Assembly: GCF_004010195.1 (NCBI RefSeq)
Contig: NC_057756.1
Span: 5,776,034-5,811,265 of the forward strand
DNA length: 35,232 nucleotides
From: Chiloscyllium plagiosum
Taxonomy: Eukaryota
Reading direction: 5' to 3'
The notes beneath the pieces are model-generated. The model made no database searches. It was not told the origin of the DNA and saw only the letters and a program-made list of their open reading frames with translations. Positions 10,990-23,080 of the stretch are shown here, one piece after another. The translations under genes were made by a program, and so were the position numbers. Numbering within the stretch: position 1 is the stretch's first letter; every line of letters begins with the position of its first letter.

Positions 10990-12925
10990 GTTGCAGGAAG
11001 GAAGAAGGACAAGATGGGAAAGTAAAGGATCTTTGGGTAATGATGGAAGTTGTGAATTTAGTCAAAAGGGAAAAAGAAGCATATGTACAGTTTAGGAAGC
11101 TAAAATGGGACAGCGCCCCGTGAGGGATCTAAGGAAAGAACTCAAGCAAGGAATTAGCAGCACATGAAATGACCTTGGCTTTTAGGGTTAAAGAAAATCA
11201 CAAGGTGTTCTATACACATATTAAAAACACCAGGATGGATAGGGAGGAGATAGGACCACTCAGGAATAAAGGAGGGAACTTGTGCTTGGAGGCCGAGGAT
11301 GTGGGTGAGACCCTAACTGAGTACTTTGCGTCAGTATTCACCCAGGAGAAGGACAATGAGTATAGTGAGATTAGTGTAGAGCATGCTAATATGCTCGGGC
11401 ATATTGAGATCAAAAAAGAACTAATGCTGGGACTTTTAAAGAACATTAAGGTGGACAAGTCACCAGGGCCTGATGGTACTTACCCCCCCACCCCTCCCCC
11501 CCCCGGGGGGCTATTCAGAGAAGGAAGAAAGGAGATTGCTGGGGCCTTGACCAATATCTCTGTATCCTTGTTAGCCACTGGGGAGGTCTGAGACGACTGG
11601 CTAATGTTGTGCCTCTGTTCATGAAGGGAAATATGGATAATCCAGGAAACTATAGATCGGTGAGTCTCACATCGGTGGTTGGGAAGCTATTGGAGAGAAT
11701 ACTGAGGGAGAGGATTTACACACATTTGGAAAAGCATTGCCAAGTTAGGGATAGTCACCCTGGCTTTATGCAGGGCAGTTCATGTCTTAGTAACTTAGCT
11801 GAATCATTCAAGGAGGTGATGAAGATGATTGATGAGGGTAGAGCAGTGGATGTTGGCTACATGGATTTCAGCATGGCTTTCACAAGGTCCCGCAGTAGTA
11901 AGGTAATCCAGAAAATTAAGATGCATGGGATCCACGGTGACTTGGCCATCTGGATTCCGAATTGGCTTGCCTATAAAAGGCAGAGGGCTGTGGTTTGAAG
12001 GGTCCCTTTTCTGTCTGGTGATTAGTGGTGTTCTGCCGGGATCTGTACTGGGACCTCTGCTGGTTGTGATTTATATAAGTGATTTGGATGAAAATGTCGA
12101 TTGGTGGGTTAATAGGTTTGTAGGCAACACAAAGATCGTTGGAGTTGTGTGTAGTGTAGAAGGCTGTCAAAGGATACAGCGGGATATAGATCAGTTGTAG
12201 ATACAGGCAGAGAAATGGCAGATGGATCCGGGTAAGTGTGAGGTGCTGCACTTTGGGAGATCAAGTGTTCAGGAAAAGTCTACAGCACTGATCTTGGGGT
12301 CCAAGATTCTATACGCCCCTGAAAGCGGCCACTCAGGTAGATAGCGAGGTGAAGAAGGCGTTTGGCATGTTCACCTTTATTGGTCAGAGAATTGAACGCA
12401 AGAGTCCGGATGTCATGTTGCAGCTTGATAACATTTTGCCTGAGGCTATACTTAGAGTGTAGTGTCCAATACACATTACAGGGAGGATGTGGAGGCTTTG
12501 GAGAGGGGGTAAAACAAGTTTACCAGGATGCTGCCCAGATTAGAGCTAAAAAAAAGAGAGACTAGAAAAACTCAGATTGCTTTCTCTAGCGCGGTGGAGG
12601 CTGAGGGGAGACCTGAGGGAAGTCGATAAAATTATGAGATGTGGGACAGGGTTGACGGTCAGAATCGTTTGCCCGAATTGAAATGCTGAATACTAGGGGG
12701 CATGTGTTGAAGGTGAGAAGGAGGTGTGAGGGGTCAGTTTTTTTAACACAGCATGGTCAGAGTCTGGAACATGCTGCCAGGGTGGTGGTGGGTGGAGGCA
12801 GACATGCTAGGCACGGTTAAAGGACTTTTAAATAAGCACATGAATATGCAAATAATGGACCAAAGCAGGCAGAGGTGATTAGTTTAACTTGGCATCACGT
12901 CCGGCACAACATCATGGACCTGTTC
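10990..12925 (+). mobile_element. CR1 LINE (different subfamily), linker-RT-3' end, decayed
   Basis: EYFASVFTQE, KVDKSPGPDG, DNPGNYRSVSLTSVVGKLLE, YMDFS, GSVLGPLL in ORFs 11169-12200. Confidence 0.9.
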
Positions 12926-13179
12926 CTTTGCTGTACTGGTCTACGTATGAGGCAAAAGGTTGAGGCGAGATGTGAGGAAATCCCTTTTCCCCCCCCAGGG
13001 TGGTGGGGAATCTGGGACTCACTGTCTGTCGAGGGGGAGAGGCAGAAACCCCTCGTTGAGCAGGGGGTGGTGGGGACAAAAGGAGACTATGAGACAGCAA
13101 TATCTGTGCACCAAGCACTGGGAAAGGGCAGACAACTCTAAAATATAAATGACGCCTTCTTCCCCCTGCCGGGCACAGT

Positions 13180-13499
13180 GGGCGGCACGGTGGCACAGTG
13201 GTTAGCACTGCTGCCTCACAGCGCCTGAGACCCGGGTTCAATTCCCGCCTCAGGCGACCAACTGTGTGGAGTTTGCACGTTCTCCCCGTGTCTGCGTGGG
13301 TTTCCTCCGGGTGCTCCGGTTTCCTCCCACAGTCCAAAAGATGTGCAGGGTCAGGTGAATTGGCCATGCTAAATTGCCCGTAGTGTTAGGTAAGGGGTAA
13401 ATGTAGGGGTATGGGTGGGTTTCGCTTTGGCGGGTCGGTGTGGACTTGTTGGGCCGAAGGGCCTGTTTCCACACTGTAATGTAATCTAATCTAATCTAA
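13180..13499 (+). mobile_element. HE1 SINE, young full-length copy
   Basis: Intact head GGGCGGCACGGTGGCACAGTGGTTAGC, B box GGTTCAATTCC, V domain, (TAATC)n tail. Confidence 0.95.
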
Positions 13500-13980
13500 A
13501 CCTTGATCACCTTGATCCGCAGGAACCTACCTATTTCTGTCTTAAATATACTCAATGACCTGGCCTCCACAGCGTTCTATGGCGGTGAATTCCGGAGGTC
13601 CACCACTCTCTGGCTGAAGATGTTTCTCCTTACCTCCATTCTAAACGGTCTTCCCTTACTCTAAGGCTATATCCTAGTCTCCTACCAATAGGAACATCTT
13701 CCCAACGCACACTCTGTCCAGACCATTGAGTATTCTGTACGGTTCAGTTAGATCCCCGCACATCGTTCTAAACTCCATCGAGTATTAATCGAGAATCGTC
13801 AAACATTCCTCATATGTGAAGCTTTTCAATCCTGGGACCATTCTCATGAACCTCCTCTGAACACACTCCAGGTCAGTCCATCCTTCCTGAGATATGGGAC
13901 CCCAAAACTGCGCACATACTCCAAATGTGGTCCGACCAGAGCCTCACAGAGCCTCAGAAGTACATCCCTGTCTTTATCTT
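13500..13980 (-). mobile_element. CR1 LINE 3' fragment
   Basis: Reverse strand reads LVGPHLEYVR.FWGP.LRK..., ...QRVVDL.NS. Confidence 0.75.
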
Positions 13981-14950
13981 CTGGTTACAAAGTATTCAGA
14001 AAAGGAAATAAAAAGGTGGAGCAGTGACATATTTGGTTAAGGAGAGCATTACAGGACTGGAGAGAGAGGAGTTTTGAGATTAGATTACCTACAGTATGGA
14101 AACAGGCCCTTCGGCCCAACAAGCCCACACTGACTCATTGCCCTACCCCACATTTACCTCTGACACTACGGGCAATTTAGCATGGCCAATTCACCTGACC
14201 AGCACATCTTTGGATTGTGGGAGGAAACCGGAGCACCCGGAGGAAACCCACGCAGACACGGGGGAGAATGCGCCAACTCCACACAGACAGTTGTCCAAGG
14301 TGGGAATCGAACCCAGGTCCCTGGTGCTGTGAGGCAGCAGTGCTAACCACTGAGCCACTTCATGCCATTTTCAGAGGGCTTGATGACAGAAACACTTTGG
14401 CTGCAGCTCAGGAACAAGAAGGATGCAATTTGTTTGCTCAGCGTCACACGTAGACCACCCGCTAGTGGGAAGGATATAAAGGAATATATCTGCAAGGCAA
14501 GTTTAACCCGGCTTTAGCAAAGAGATTATGATGAGGTTATAAAGACACTGTTTAGATGTTGTTGTGGATCCCACACTGTGGAAAGAATGTGAATGTAATG
14601 GAGAGGGTGTGGACATGGGTTATGGGAATGGTACCAGAGAAGAGAAACTTCAGTTCTGAGGACAGATTGGAAAACCGGAGGAAAGGCTGAGGGGAGATTG
14701 GGACAGAGGAGAGAGTGAGAAATTGGTCCTGGTTTCAGTTTTAGTGTTTCGCAAAAGAAATGAATGTGAGGTGAAGAGAGGCTGAAAGTGCGGTGGAGTC
14801 AGGTTCAGTTGAGGCATTCAGGACCACAAGATGGAAGATGGTTAATTAAACAGAAACTGTGCAGAGGGCGATGGGGGAAAAGGCAGAAAATTGGCACAAA
14901 ATCAAAATGTTCAGGGAACCACTGCAGACACGATGAGCTGAATCAATCTA
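13981..14950 (+). mobile_element. Highly decayed CR1 pieces (endonuclease region joined to 3' region)
   Basis: GGTTACAAAGTATTCAGAAA..GGTGGAG..TGGTTAAGGAGAGCATTACAG and TAGACCACC (YRPP-like); later GGCTGAGGGGAGATT. Confidence 0.5.
14077..14366 (-). mobile_element. HE1 SINE
   Basis: Reverse complement of the HE1 consensus seen elsewhere in the window (AGATTAGATT tail ... GTGAGGCAGCAGTGCTAACCACTGAGCCAC). Confidence 0.92.
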
Positions 14951-15190
14951 TTTCTTTTAAACCCAAAACACATAGAGGAGTTGATTAGCCATGTTGGGGA
15001 TTGGGAAAAGTATTTTTATTTCAAGTGTGACCCATGGAGTGGTGGGACGACATAAGGGTGCAATCACCCAGCCTCAGTGCTAACCCTCCGTTCTGAGATC
15101 ATCTTGGTAAATGTGCTTTCTCATGTAGGACAGTGATTTCTGATGCTCCACATTACATTTATCTAAAAGGATCCATTCTCTGTGTGTTAG

Positions 15191-15471
15191 ATTTCACAGA
15201 TAAACCTATGATACACCCTGTGGAAATTGTCACAGGAAAGCGTGTGAATTTAAGCTGTATCTTCAATACAACGTGCACTGGAACAGCACCTGCCTTAACC
15301 TGGGACACTCCCACTGCTGCACATGGATCACTCTCAAACACCGTCACTCAGCGTGGGGTCACTCTGAGCTATACTTCTGTTCTGAGCCTGACACCATCAC
15401 TCAGACACCAGGGACAAACGCTCACCTGCAGAGTGAGTTATCAGAGCAGACCCTCATACTGTCAGTGAAAT
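15191..15471 (+). pseudogene. Siglec/MAG/CD22-like C2-set immunoglobulin domain exon with a frameshift near its 3' end
   Basis: Acceptor ...TTCTCTGTGTGTTAG|, phase 1; DFTDKP..EIVTGKRVNLSCIFNTTCTGTAPALTW...YTSVLSLTPSLRHQGQTLTCRVSY; the G strand SEQTLILSVK lies in another frame and ends phase 1 at donor GTAACA (15472); exon length 281 is not a multiple of 3. Confidence 0.85.
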
Positions 15472-15599
15472 GTAACATCATTTGATGTTTGCTATAACAG
15501 CTTAGATTGTGGGAGCTTGCTGTGTACAGTTGCAAATATGTTAAATACCAGCTTTAAAGGAAGCAACCTCAGAACAGTTTATATCTGACTGCATAATTG

Positions 15600-15860
15600 A
15601 CTTAATAGCAGGAGTCAGAGAGTGGTGGTGGAGGATTGCTTTTTCAAACTGGAGGCCTGTGACCAGCAGTGTTCCACAAGGATTGGTTCCAGGTCCTCTT
15701 TTGTCTGTCATTCATATAAATGGTTTAGATGAGAATCTAGAAGGCTTGGTTAGTAGGTTTGTGGATGACACCCATATTGGTGACAGAAAGAAGGTTTTCT
15801 AAGATTTCAAAGGGATCTTAACCAAATGCCTGAGAAATGGCAGATAGAGTTCAACCTGGA
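15600..15860 (+). mobile_element. CR1 RT fragment
   Basis: QRVVVEDC..WRPVTSSVPQG..GP.L...FVDDT.IG. Confidence 0.8.
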
Positions 15861-17330
15861 TCATAGAGTCATAGAGACATAGAGATGTACAGCACAGAAA
15901 CAGACCCTTCGGTCCAACCTGTCCATGCTGACCAGATGTCCCAACCCAATCTAGTCCCACCTGCCAGCACCCGGCCCATATCCCTCCAAACCCTTCCTAT
16001 TCATATACCCATCCAAATGTCTCTTAAATGTTGCAATTGTACCAGCCTCCACCACATCCTCTGGCAGCTCATTCCATACATGTACAACCCTCTGTGTGAA
16101 AACGTTGTCCCTTCGGTCTCTTTTATATCTTTCCCCTCTCACCCTAAACCTATACTCTGGACTCCCCCACCCAGGGAAAAGGCTTTTTCTATTTATTCTA
16201 TCCATGCCCCTCATAATTTTGTAAACCTCTATAAGGTCACCCCTCAGCCTCTGACGCTCCAGGGAAAACAGCCCCAGCCTGTTCAGCCACTCCCCATAGC
16301 TCAAAGCCTCCATCCCTGGCAACATCCTTGTAAATCTTTTCTGAACCCTTTCAAGTTTCACAACATCTTTCTGATAAGAAGGAGACCAGAATTGCAGGCA
16401 ATATTCCAACAGCGGCCTAACCAATGTCCTGTACAGCCGCAACATGACCTCCCAACTCCTGTACTCAACACTCTGACCAATAAAGAAAAACATACCAAAT
16501 GACTTTTCACTATCCTATCCACTTGCGATTCCACTTTCAAGGAGCTATAAACCTGCACTCCAAGGTCTTTTTGTTCAGCAACACTCCCTNNNNNNNNNNN
16601 NNNNNNNNNNNNNNNNNNNNNNNNNNNNNNNNNNNNNNNNNNNNNNNNNNNNNNNNNNNNNNNNNNNNNNNNNNNNNNNNNNNNNNNNNNNNNNNNNNNN
16701 NNNNNNNNNNNNNNNNNNNNNNNNNNNNNNNNNNNNNNNNNNNNNNNNNNNNNNNNNNNNNNNNNNNNNNNNNNNNNNNNNNNNNNNNNNNNNNNNNNNN
16801 NNNNNNNNNNNNNNNNNNNNNNNNNNNNNNNNNNNNNNNNNNNNNNNNNNNNNNNNNNNNNNNNNNNNNNNNNNNNNNNNNNNNNNNNNNNNNNNNNNNN
16901 NNNNNNNNNNNNNNNNNNNNNNNNNNNNNNNNNNNNNNNNNNNNNNNNNNNNNNNNNNNNNNNNNNNNNNNNNNNNNNNNNNNNNNNNNNNNNNNNNNNN
17001 NNNNNNNNNNNNNNNNNNNNNNNNNNNNNNNNNNNNNNNNNNNNNNNNNNNNNNNNNNNNNNNNNNNNNNNNNNNNNNNNNNNNNNNNNNNNNNNNNNNN
17101 NNNNNNNNNNNNNNNNNNNNNNNNNACCTGTGACTATCGATGATACAAATATCTCAGTAAGAGGCCCAGCAATCACTTCTCTAGCTTCCCACAGAGTTCT
17201 CAGGTACACCTGATCAGGTCCTGGGGATTTATCCACCTTTAACTGTTTCAAGTCATCCAGCACTTCCTCCTCTGTAATCTGGACATTTTGCGAGATGTCA
17301 CCATCTATTTCCCTACAGTCTACACCTTCC
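15861..17330 (-). mobile_element. Young CR1 (HER1-type) LINE, 3' portion spanning a gap
   Basis: ORF 15951-16493 (LVRPLLEYCLQFWSP...TQRVVHVWNELP), KVDKSPGPD beyond the gap, (TCTATGA)-type tail at 15861-15885. Confidence 0.92.
16590..17125. other. Assembly gap (536 N)
   Basis: Run of N inside a young LINE. Confidence 1.
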
Positions 17331-17344
17331 TGTACAACAAACAA

Positions 17345-17870
17345 GAATAGGACTTCTACAATTAACGGTAGGGCCTTGGGTAATGTTGTAGGACAGAGGG
17401 ACTGAGGAGTTCAGGTACATGGTTCTTTGAAGATTGTGTCACATTTAGACAGGTCGGTGAAAAGGCATTTAGCATGCTTGCCTGCAAGCTCAGTTCTTTG
17501 AGCTGATTGAGGTCTATAAAATCATGAGAGGCACACATAGGGTCGATAGCAAGGAGCTTTTTCTCAGAGTGGGGGATACAATTACTAAGGATCACGTGTT
17601 CAAAGTGAGAGGTGAAAGTTTTGAGGGAGATATACGTAGAAAGTTATTAGTGCAGAGGGTGGTGGGTACCTGGGGCGTTGCCAGTGGAGGTGGTAGAGGC
17701 GGGCATGCTAGCGTCATTTAAGATGTATCTAGACAGATACATGAATGGGCAGGGAGCAGAGGGATACAGATCCTTAGAAATTAGGCGACAGGTTTAGTGA
17801 GAGGATCTGGATCAGCACAGACTTGAAGGGCCTGTTCCTGTGCTGTAATTTTCTTAGTTCTTTGTTCTTC
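17345..17870 (+). mobile_element. CR1 LINE 3' end with internal deletion
   Basis: IEVYKIMRG...VQRVVGTW; tail GAAGGGCCTGTTCCTGTGCTGTAATTTTCTT.GTTCTTTGTTC; same subfamily as 22282-23080. Confidence 0.8.
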
Positions 17871-17894
17871 ACTTGTTCTGCTTTGTTATCTAAA

Positions 17895-18200
17895 TTTAAG
17901 TCCAGGACCACTCCTGTATCTTGCAGGGCCTTCTGCACACTGGCTTTAAAAACCCTCCTGGATGCATTGTAAGAACTCTGCTCCCTCTAAATCTTTGATA
18001 GCATGACCCCCCCCAGTGAATGTTGAGAAAGAAGTAATCACCCACTGTCACGACCCTATTCCTTTTACACTGTCTGACCTGCAGTTGCCTGCAGACCTGC
18101 TGTTCGATCTCTCTTTGACTGTCTCGGTGCCTATAGCACACTCCCAGCAATGTGATTCTTCCTTTTTGGTTTCAATGTTTAACCCAGATGGTTTCATTTC
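17895..18200 (-). mobile_element. CR1 endonuclease fragment
   Basis: ORF 17896-18150: LGVCYR...RVVTVGDY. Confidence 0.75.
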
Positions 18201-18349
18201 AGGGAGTCTTCCAACATTTAAGTTAACTCCAATGACTGCGCAACACTTTGAGAGACGCTGAGAATGTTAGAAGTGAGATATCAACTGATATCTTCTTTCT
18301 CCACAAATTACATAACTGCGGCAGACATTTTAGTTCAGTACAAAGAGTC

Positions 18350-18490
18350 GCTACAGAGGGAGTGCAGTCAAGGTGGAAGGTCAGTACTCAGGAGATGCTG
18401 CACTGTTCGAGATCAGAGCTGAGGGACTGCTTCACTGTCCGAAGATCAGTACCGAGGGAGTACAACACTGTCAACACTACCATCTTTAAA
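18350..18490 (+). repeat. Degenerate ~31-bp tandem repeat (CAGTACTGAGGGAGTGCTGCACTGT-like), DeuSINE-derived
   Basis: About four diverged units of CAGTAC.GAGGGA...CACTGT. Confidence 0.55.
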
Positions 18491-18496
18491 GTGAAA

Positions 18497-18945
18497 AACA
18501 CCGAGTCAGAAAGCATGCAAACAGACCCTTTGGTCCAACTAGTGCAGACCCAACTAAACTAGTCTGAGCTGCCTGTTCCTGGCCCATGTCCCTCAGACCT
18601 TTCCTATTCCTATACTTCTCTTTTCATGTCTTTTACATGTTATAATTGTACCCATATCCACCATTTCTTCACAAAGTTTATTCTACATGCGAACCACAGT
18701 GTTAAAACAATTGCCCATCATGACTTTTTAAAATCTCTCTCCTCTCACCTTAAAATTGTAGCCCCTAGTCTTGAAATCCCCCATTGAGGGAAAAGACAAC
18801 TTACCATTAACTCTATCTATGCCCCTCATTATTTTATAATCTTCAGTCAGGTCACCTCTCAGCCTCCTATGCTTGAGTGGAGAAATGTCCCAGCCTTTCT
18901 TTGTAACTCAAACCTTCCACACCCGGCAACATCCTGGTAAATCTC
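18497..18945 (-). mobile_element. CR1 LINE 3' fragment
   Basis: Homologous to 15880-16340 (ACAGACCCTT.GGTCCAAC..., GGCAACATCCTGGTAAATCT). Confidence 0.8.
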
Positions 18946-19643
18946 TAGAACATAGAACATTACAGCACAGTAGGCCCTTCAGCCCTCGATATTGCACCGA
19001 CCTGTGGGACCAATCTGAAGCCCATCCAACCTACCGTATTCCATTCTCGTCTATATACCTATCCAATGGCTGCTCAAATGCCCATAAAGTTGGCGAATCT
19101 ACTACCATTGCAGGCAGTGCGTTCCACACCCCTACTACTCCCTGAGTAAAGAAATTACCTCTGACATCTGTCCTATAACTATCACCCCTCAATTTAAAGT
19201 ATCTCCCCTTGCGCTATACATCATCATCCTAAGAAAAAGGCTCTCACTGTCCATCTGATCTAACCCTCTGATTATCTTATATGTCTCAATTAAGTCACCT
19301 CTTAACCTTTTTCTCTCCAACAAAAACAGCCTCAAGGCCCTCAGCCTTTCCTCATAAAACCTTCCCTCCATACCAGGTAACATCCTAGTAAATCTCCTCT
19401 GCACCCTTTCCAAAGCTTCCACCTCGTTCTTATAATGTGGTGACCAGAACTGTACACAATACTCCAAGTGCGGCTGCACCAGAGTTTTGTACAGCTGCAG
19501 CATAACCTCATGGCTCCGAAACTCAATCCCTCTACCAATAAAAGCTAACACACCGTATACCTTCTTACCAACCCTATCAACGTGGGTGGCAACTTTGAGA
19601 GATCTAGGGTGTAGGTTTGCTCGCTGAGCTGTAGGTTTGATAT

Positions 19644-19683
19644 CCAGACGTTTCATTACCTGGCTAGGTAACATCATCAGTGG
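19644..19683 (-). ncRNA. Minimal type I hammerhead ribozyme motif in the Penelope 3' terminus (family C)
   Basis: Minus strand: CCA CUGAUGA U GUUACCU AGCC AGGUAAU GAAA CG UC UGG; stem I CCA/UGG, 7-bp stem II, palindromic ACGU in place of stem III. Confidence 0.85.
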
Positions 19684-19871
19684 CGACTTCCAAGTGAAGC
19701 GAAGCTGTTGTCTCCTGCTTTCTATTTATATCTTTCTCCTGGATGGGGTTCCTGGGGTTTGTGGTGATGTCATTTCCTGTTCGTTTTCTGAGGGGTTGAT
19801 AGATGGCACCTAGATCTATGTGTTTGTTTATGGCGTGGTGGTTGGAGTGCCAGACCTCGAGGAATCCTCTG

Positions 19872-19963
19872 AAAAATGTGTTGCTGGAAAAGCGCAGCAG
19901 GTCAGGCAGCATCCAAGGAACAGTAGAATCGCCGTTTCGGGCATAAGCCCTTCTTCAGGAATT
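19872..19963 (-). mobile_element. Hammerhead element family A, copy A2, nested in the Penelope element
   Basis: Minus strand TTC CTGAAGA A GGGC TTAT GCCC GAAA CG GC; imperfect TSD CTCGAGGAATCCTCTG / CTCTAGGAATTCTCTG (19856-19871, 19964-19979). Confidence 0.8.
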
Positions 19964-22281
19964 CTCTAGGAATTCTCTGGTATGTCTTTGCTCAGCCTGT
20001 CCCAGGATAGATGTTTTGTCCCAGTCAAAATGGTGGTTTGTTTTCATCCGTGTGTAGGGCTACGAGGGAGAGAGGGTCGTGTCTTTTTGTGGCTAGTGGT
20101 GTTTATGTTCCTGGTGGCTACCTTTCTTCCTGTTTGTCCTACGTAGTGTTTGTGGCAGTCCTTGCATGGAATTTTGTAGATGACGTTGGTTTTGTCCATG
20201 GGTTGTACTGGGTCTTTTAAGTTTGTTAGTTTTTGTTTGAGAGTGTTGGTGGGTTTGTGTGCTACTAGGTTTCCAAGGGGTCTTAGTAGTCTGGCTGTCA
20301 TTTCTGAAAATTGTTTGATGTATGGTAAGGTGGTTAGGGTTTCTGGCTGTGTTTGGTCTGCTTGTCATGGTTTGTTCTTGAGGAATCTGCGCACTGTATT
20401 TTTTGAGTATCCGTTCTTCTCGAATAAGTTGTATAGGTGGTTCTCCTCTGTTTTCCGAAGTTCGTCTGTGCTGCAGTGTGTGGTGGCTCGTTGGAATAGT
20501 GTTTTGATACAGCTTCGTTTGTGTGTGTTGGGATGGTTGCCGGTGTAGTTAAGTAACGGACCCAGATTTTTGGTTTGATGATTGGTAGGGCTGTTTGTTC
20601 TAGTCTTTGCATTACTGTTTCTGCTATGAATCCTGATAGCGGAGATCCCATGGGTGTGCCGTTGGTTTGTTTGTAGACTATGTTGTTGAAAGTGAAGTGG
20701 GTGGTGAGGCACAGGTCCACTAGCTTCATGATGTTTTCATTGGTAATGGGATTGATGGTGGTTGGTGTGTGTGTGATGGTCTCTTCTAAAAGTGTGGTAA
20801 GTGTTTCCTTTGCCAGGTCGATGTTGATGGAGGTGAACTGTGCTGTTACGTCGAATGAGATCTTTGCTTCGTCTTCCTCTATTTTGGTGTTTTTGATGAT
20901 TTTTAGGAATTCCTGGGTGGAGTGGATGGAGTGCTGTGACCCTTCTACTAGGTATTTCAGTCTTGCGTGTAGCTCTTTGGCCAGTCTGTAAGTTGGTGTT
21001 CCGGGTAGTGAGACTATAGGTCTGAGGGGGGCTCCTGGTTTATGGATTTTTGGTAGTCCGTAGAATCGTGGGGTGTTGTTCCTGTCGGGTTTCAGTTTCT
21101 GGAATTCCGTCGTGTTTAATTGTCCGGAATTGAGTAATTTTGTTCCCTAGTTGTTGGGGTTGGGTCTAGCTCCACCTGTTGGTAGGTGTTGGTCTCTGCG
21201 AGTAGTGCATTGGCTTTCTCGCTGGCTTTCTCTGTCCAGGATGACTGTGAGCTGACCTTTGCCTGCAGGTAATATAACAATGTTTTTGTCTTTTTTGAGG
21301 GATTTATATACATGTACACCAAGATTCTCTCTGCTCATCCACACGACCAAGAATCTTACCATTAGCCCAGTGCTCTGTATTCCTGTTGCTCCTTCCAAAG
21401 TGAATCACCTCACACTTTTCCACATCAAACTCCGTTTGCCACCTCTCAGCCCAGCTCTGCAGCTTATCTATGTCCCTCTGTAACCTACAACTTCCTTCAT
21501 CACTGTCGACAACTCCACCAACTTTAGTGTTGTCTGCAAATTTACTAACCCATCCTTCTACACCCTCATCCAGGTCGTTTATAAAAATGACAAACAGCAG
21601 TGGGCCCAAAACAGATCCTTGCGGTACCTCACTTGTAACTGAGCTCCAGGATGAATATTTCCCATCAACCACCACCCTCTGTCTTCTTTCAGCGAGCCAA
21701 TTTCTGATTCAAACGGCTAAATCACTCTCACTCCCATACTTCCATATTTTGTACAATAGCCTACCATGGGGAACCGTATCAAACGCCTTACTGAGATCTA
21801 TATACACCACACCAATGACTTTACCCTCATCCACCTGTTTGGTCACCAACTCAAGGAACTCAATAAGGTCTGTGAGGCACGGCCTACCCTTCACAAAACC
21901 GTGCTGACTATCCCTAATCAGCTTATTCCTCTCTAGATGATTGTAAATCCTATCTCTTATAACCTTTTCCAACACTTTACCCACAACCAAAGTAAGGCTC
22001 AATGGTCTATAATTTCCAGGGTTGTCTCTACTCCCCTCCTTGAACAAGGGCACAACATTTGCTCGCCTCCAGTCTTCCTGCACTATTCCTGTAGATAATG
22101 ATGACATAAAGATCCAAGCCAAAGGCTCTGCAGTCTCTTCCCTGGCATCCCAGAGAACCCTCGGATAAATCCCATCCAGCCCAGGGGACTTATCTGTTTA
22201 CACACTTTCCAGAATTGCTAACACCACCTCCTTGTGAACCTCAATCCCATCTCGTCTAGTAGCCTGTACCTCAGTATTCTC

Positions 22282-23080
22282 AAAGAACAAAGAACAAAGG
22301 AAATTACAGCACAGGAACGGGCCCTTCGGCCCTCCAAGCCTGCGCTGATCCTAGCCTTGATCTAAACCTGTCACCTATTTTCTAACATCTGCATCCCTTT
22401 GCTCCCTGACCATTCATGTATCTATCCAGAGACATCTTAAATGATGCTATCATGCCTGCCTCTACTACCTCCACTGGCAACGCATTCCAGGCAACCACCA
22501 TCCTCTGCATGAAGGACTTTCACACGTCTATCTCTCCCCTAAACCTTTCCCCTCTCACCTTGAACTTGTGACCCCCTAGTAATTGAGTCCCCCACTCTGG
22601 GAGAAAGCTTCTTGCTATCCACCCAATGTGTACCTCTCATGATTTTGTAGACCTCAATCAGATCCCCTCTCAATCTCTGTCTTTCTAATGAAAATAATCC
22701 TAATCTACTCAACCTCTCTTCACAGCTAGCGCCCTCCATACCAGGCAACATCCTGGTGAACCTCCTCTGCACCCTCTCTAAAGCATCCACATCCTTTTGG
22801 TAATGTATTCCAAATGTGGCCGAACCAAAGTCATGTTCAGCTGTAACATGACCTGCCAACTCTTGTACATTCCTGAAGAAGGGCTTATGCCCGAAACGTC
22901 GATTCTCCTGTTCCTTGGATGCTGCCTGACCTGCTGCGCTTTTCCAGCAACACATTTTCAGCTCTGATCTCCAGCTTCTGCAGTCCTCACTTTCTTCTGC
23001 CAACTCTTGTACTCAATACCCCGTCTGATGAAGGAAAGCAAGCTGTATGCCTACTTGACCACTCTACTGAGCTACGTTGA
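22282..23080 (-). mobile_element. CR1 LINE 3' portion
   Basis: AAGAACAAAGAACAAAG tail; ALERVQRRFTRMLPG...RGDLIEVYKIMRG in ORF 22539-23003. Confidence 0.88.
22869..22996 (+). mobile_element. Hammerhead element family A, copy A3 (core intact)
   Basis: Perfect 16-bp TSD CTGCCAACTCTTGTAC (22853-22868, 22997-23012); CTGAAGA (22873-22879) A GGGC TTAT GCCC GAAA CG TC GA. Confidence 0.88.

Larger units (their letters stand above)
19607..21293 (-). mobile_element. Penelope-like retroelement (RT + GIY-YIG endonuclease), 5'-truncated, internally deleted
   Basis: ILPA(G)KG, PRFYGLPKIHKPGAPLRPIVS, SFDV, YKQTNGTPMGSPLS, WVRY (DD motif deleted), NVIYKIPCKDCHKHYVGQTGR; imperfect 13-bp TSD TTTGAGAGATCTA / TTTGAGGGATTTA (19594-19606, 21294-21306). 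Confidence 0.93.
18946..22280 (-). mobile_element. CR1 LINE RT to 3' end, split by a Penelope insertion
   Basis: TAGAACATAGAACA tail; ORFs 19189-19677, 21304-21675 (VPQGSVLGPLLF..FADNTK) and 21709-22122 (DNPGNYRP..SQHGF..YIDLSKAFD) are collinear once 19607-21293 is removed. Confidence 0.92.

Noticed and set aside
13180..13255. tRNA gene-like A/B boxes
   Set aside because: Head of an HE1 SINE, continuous with the V domain and LINE tail; same in all copies
16358..17344. 328-aa and 214-aa ORFs
   Set aside because: Span the N gap within a CR1 LINE
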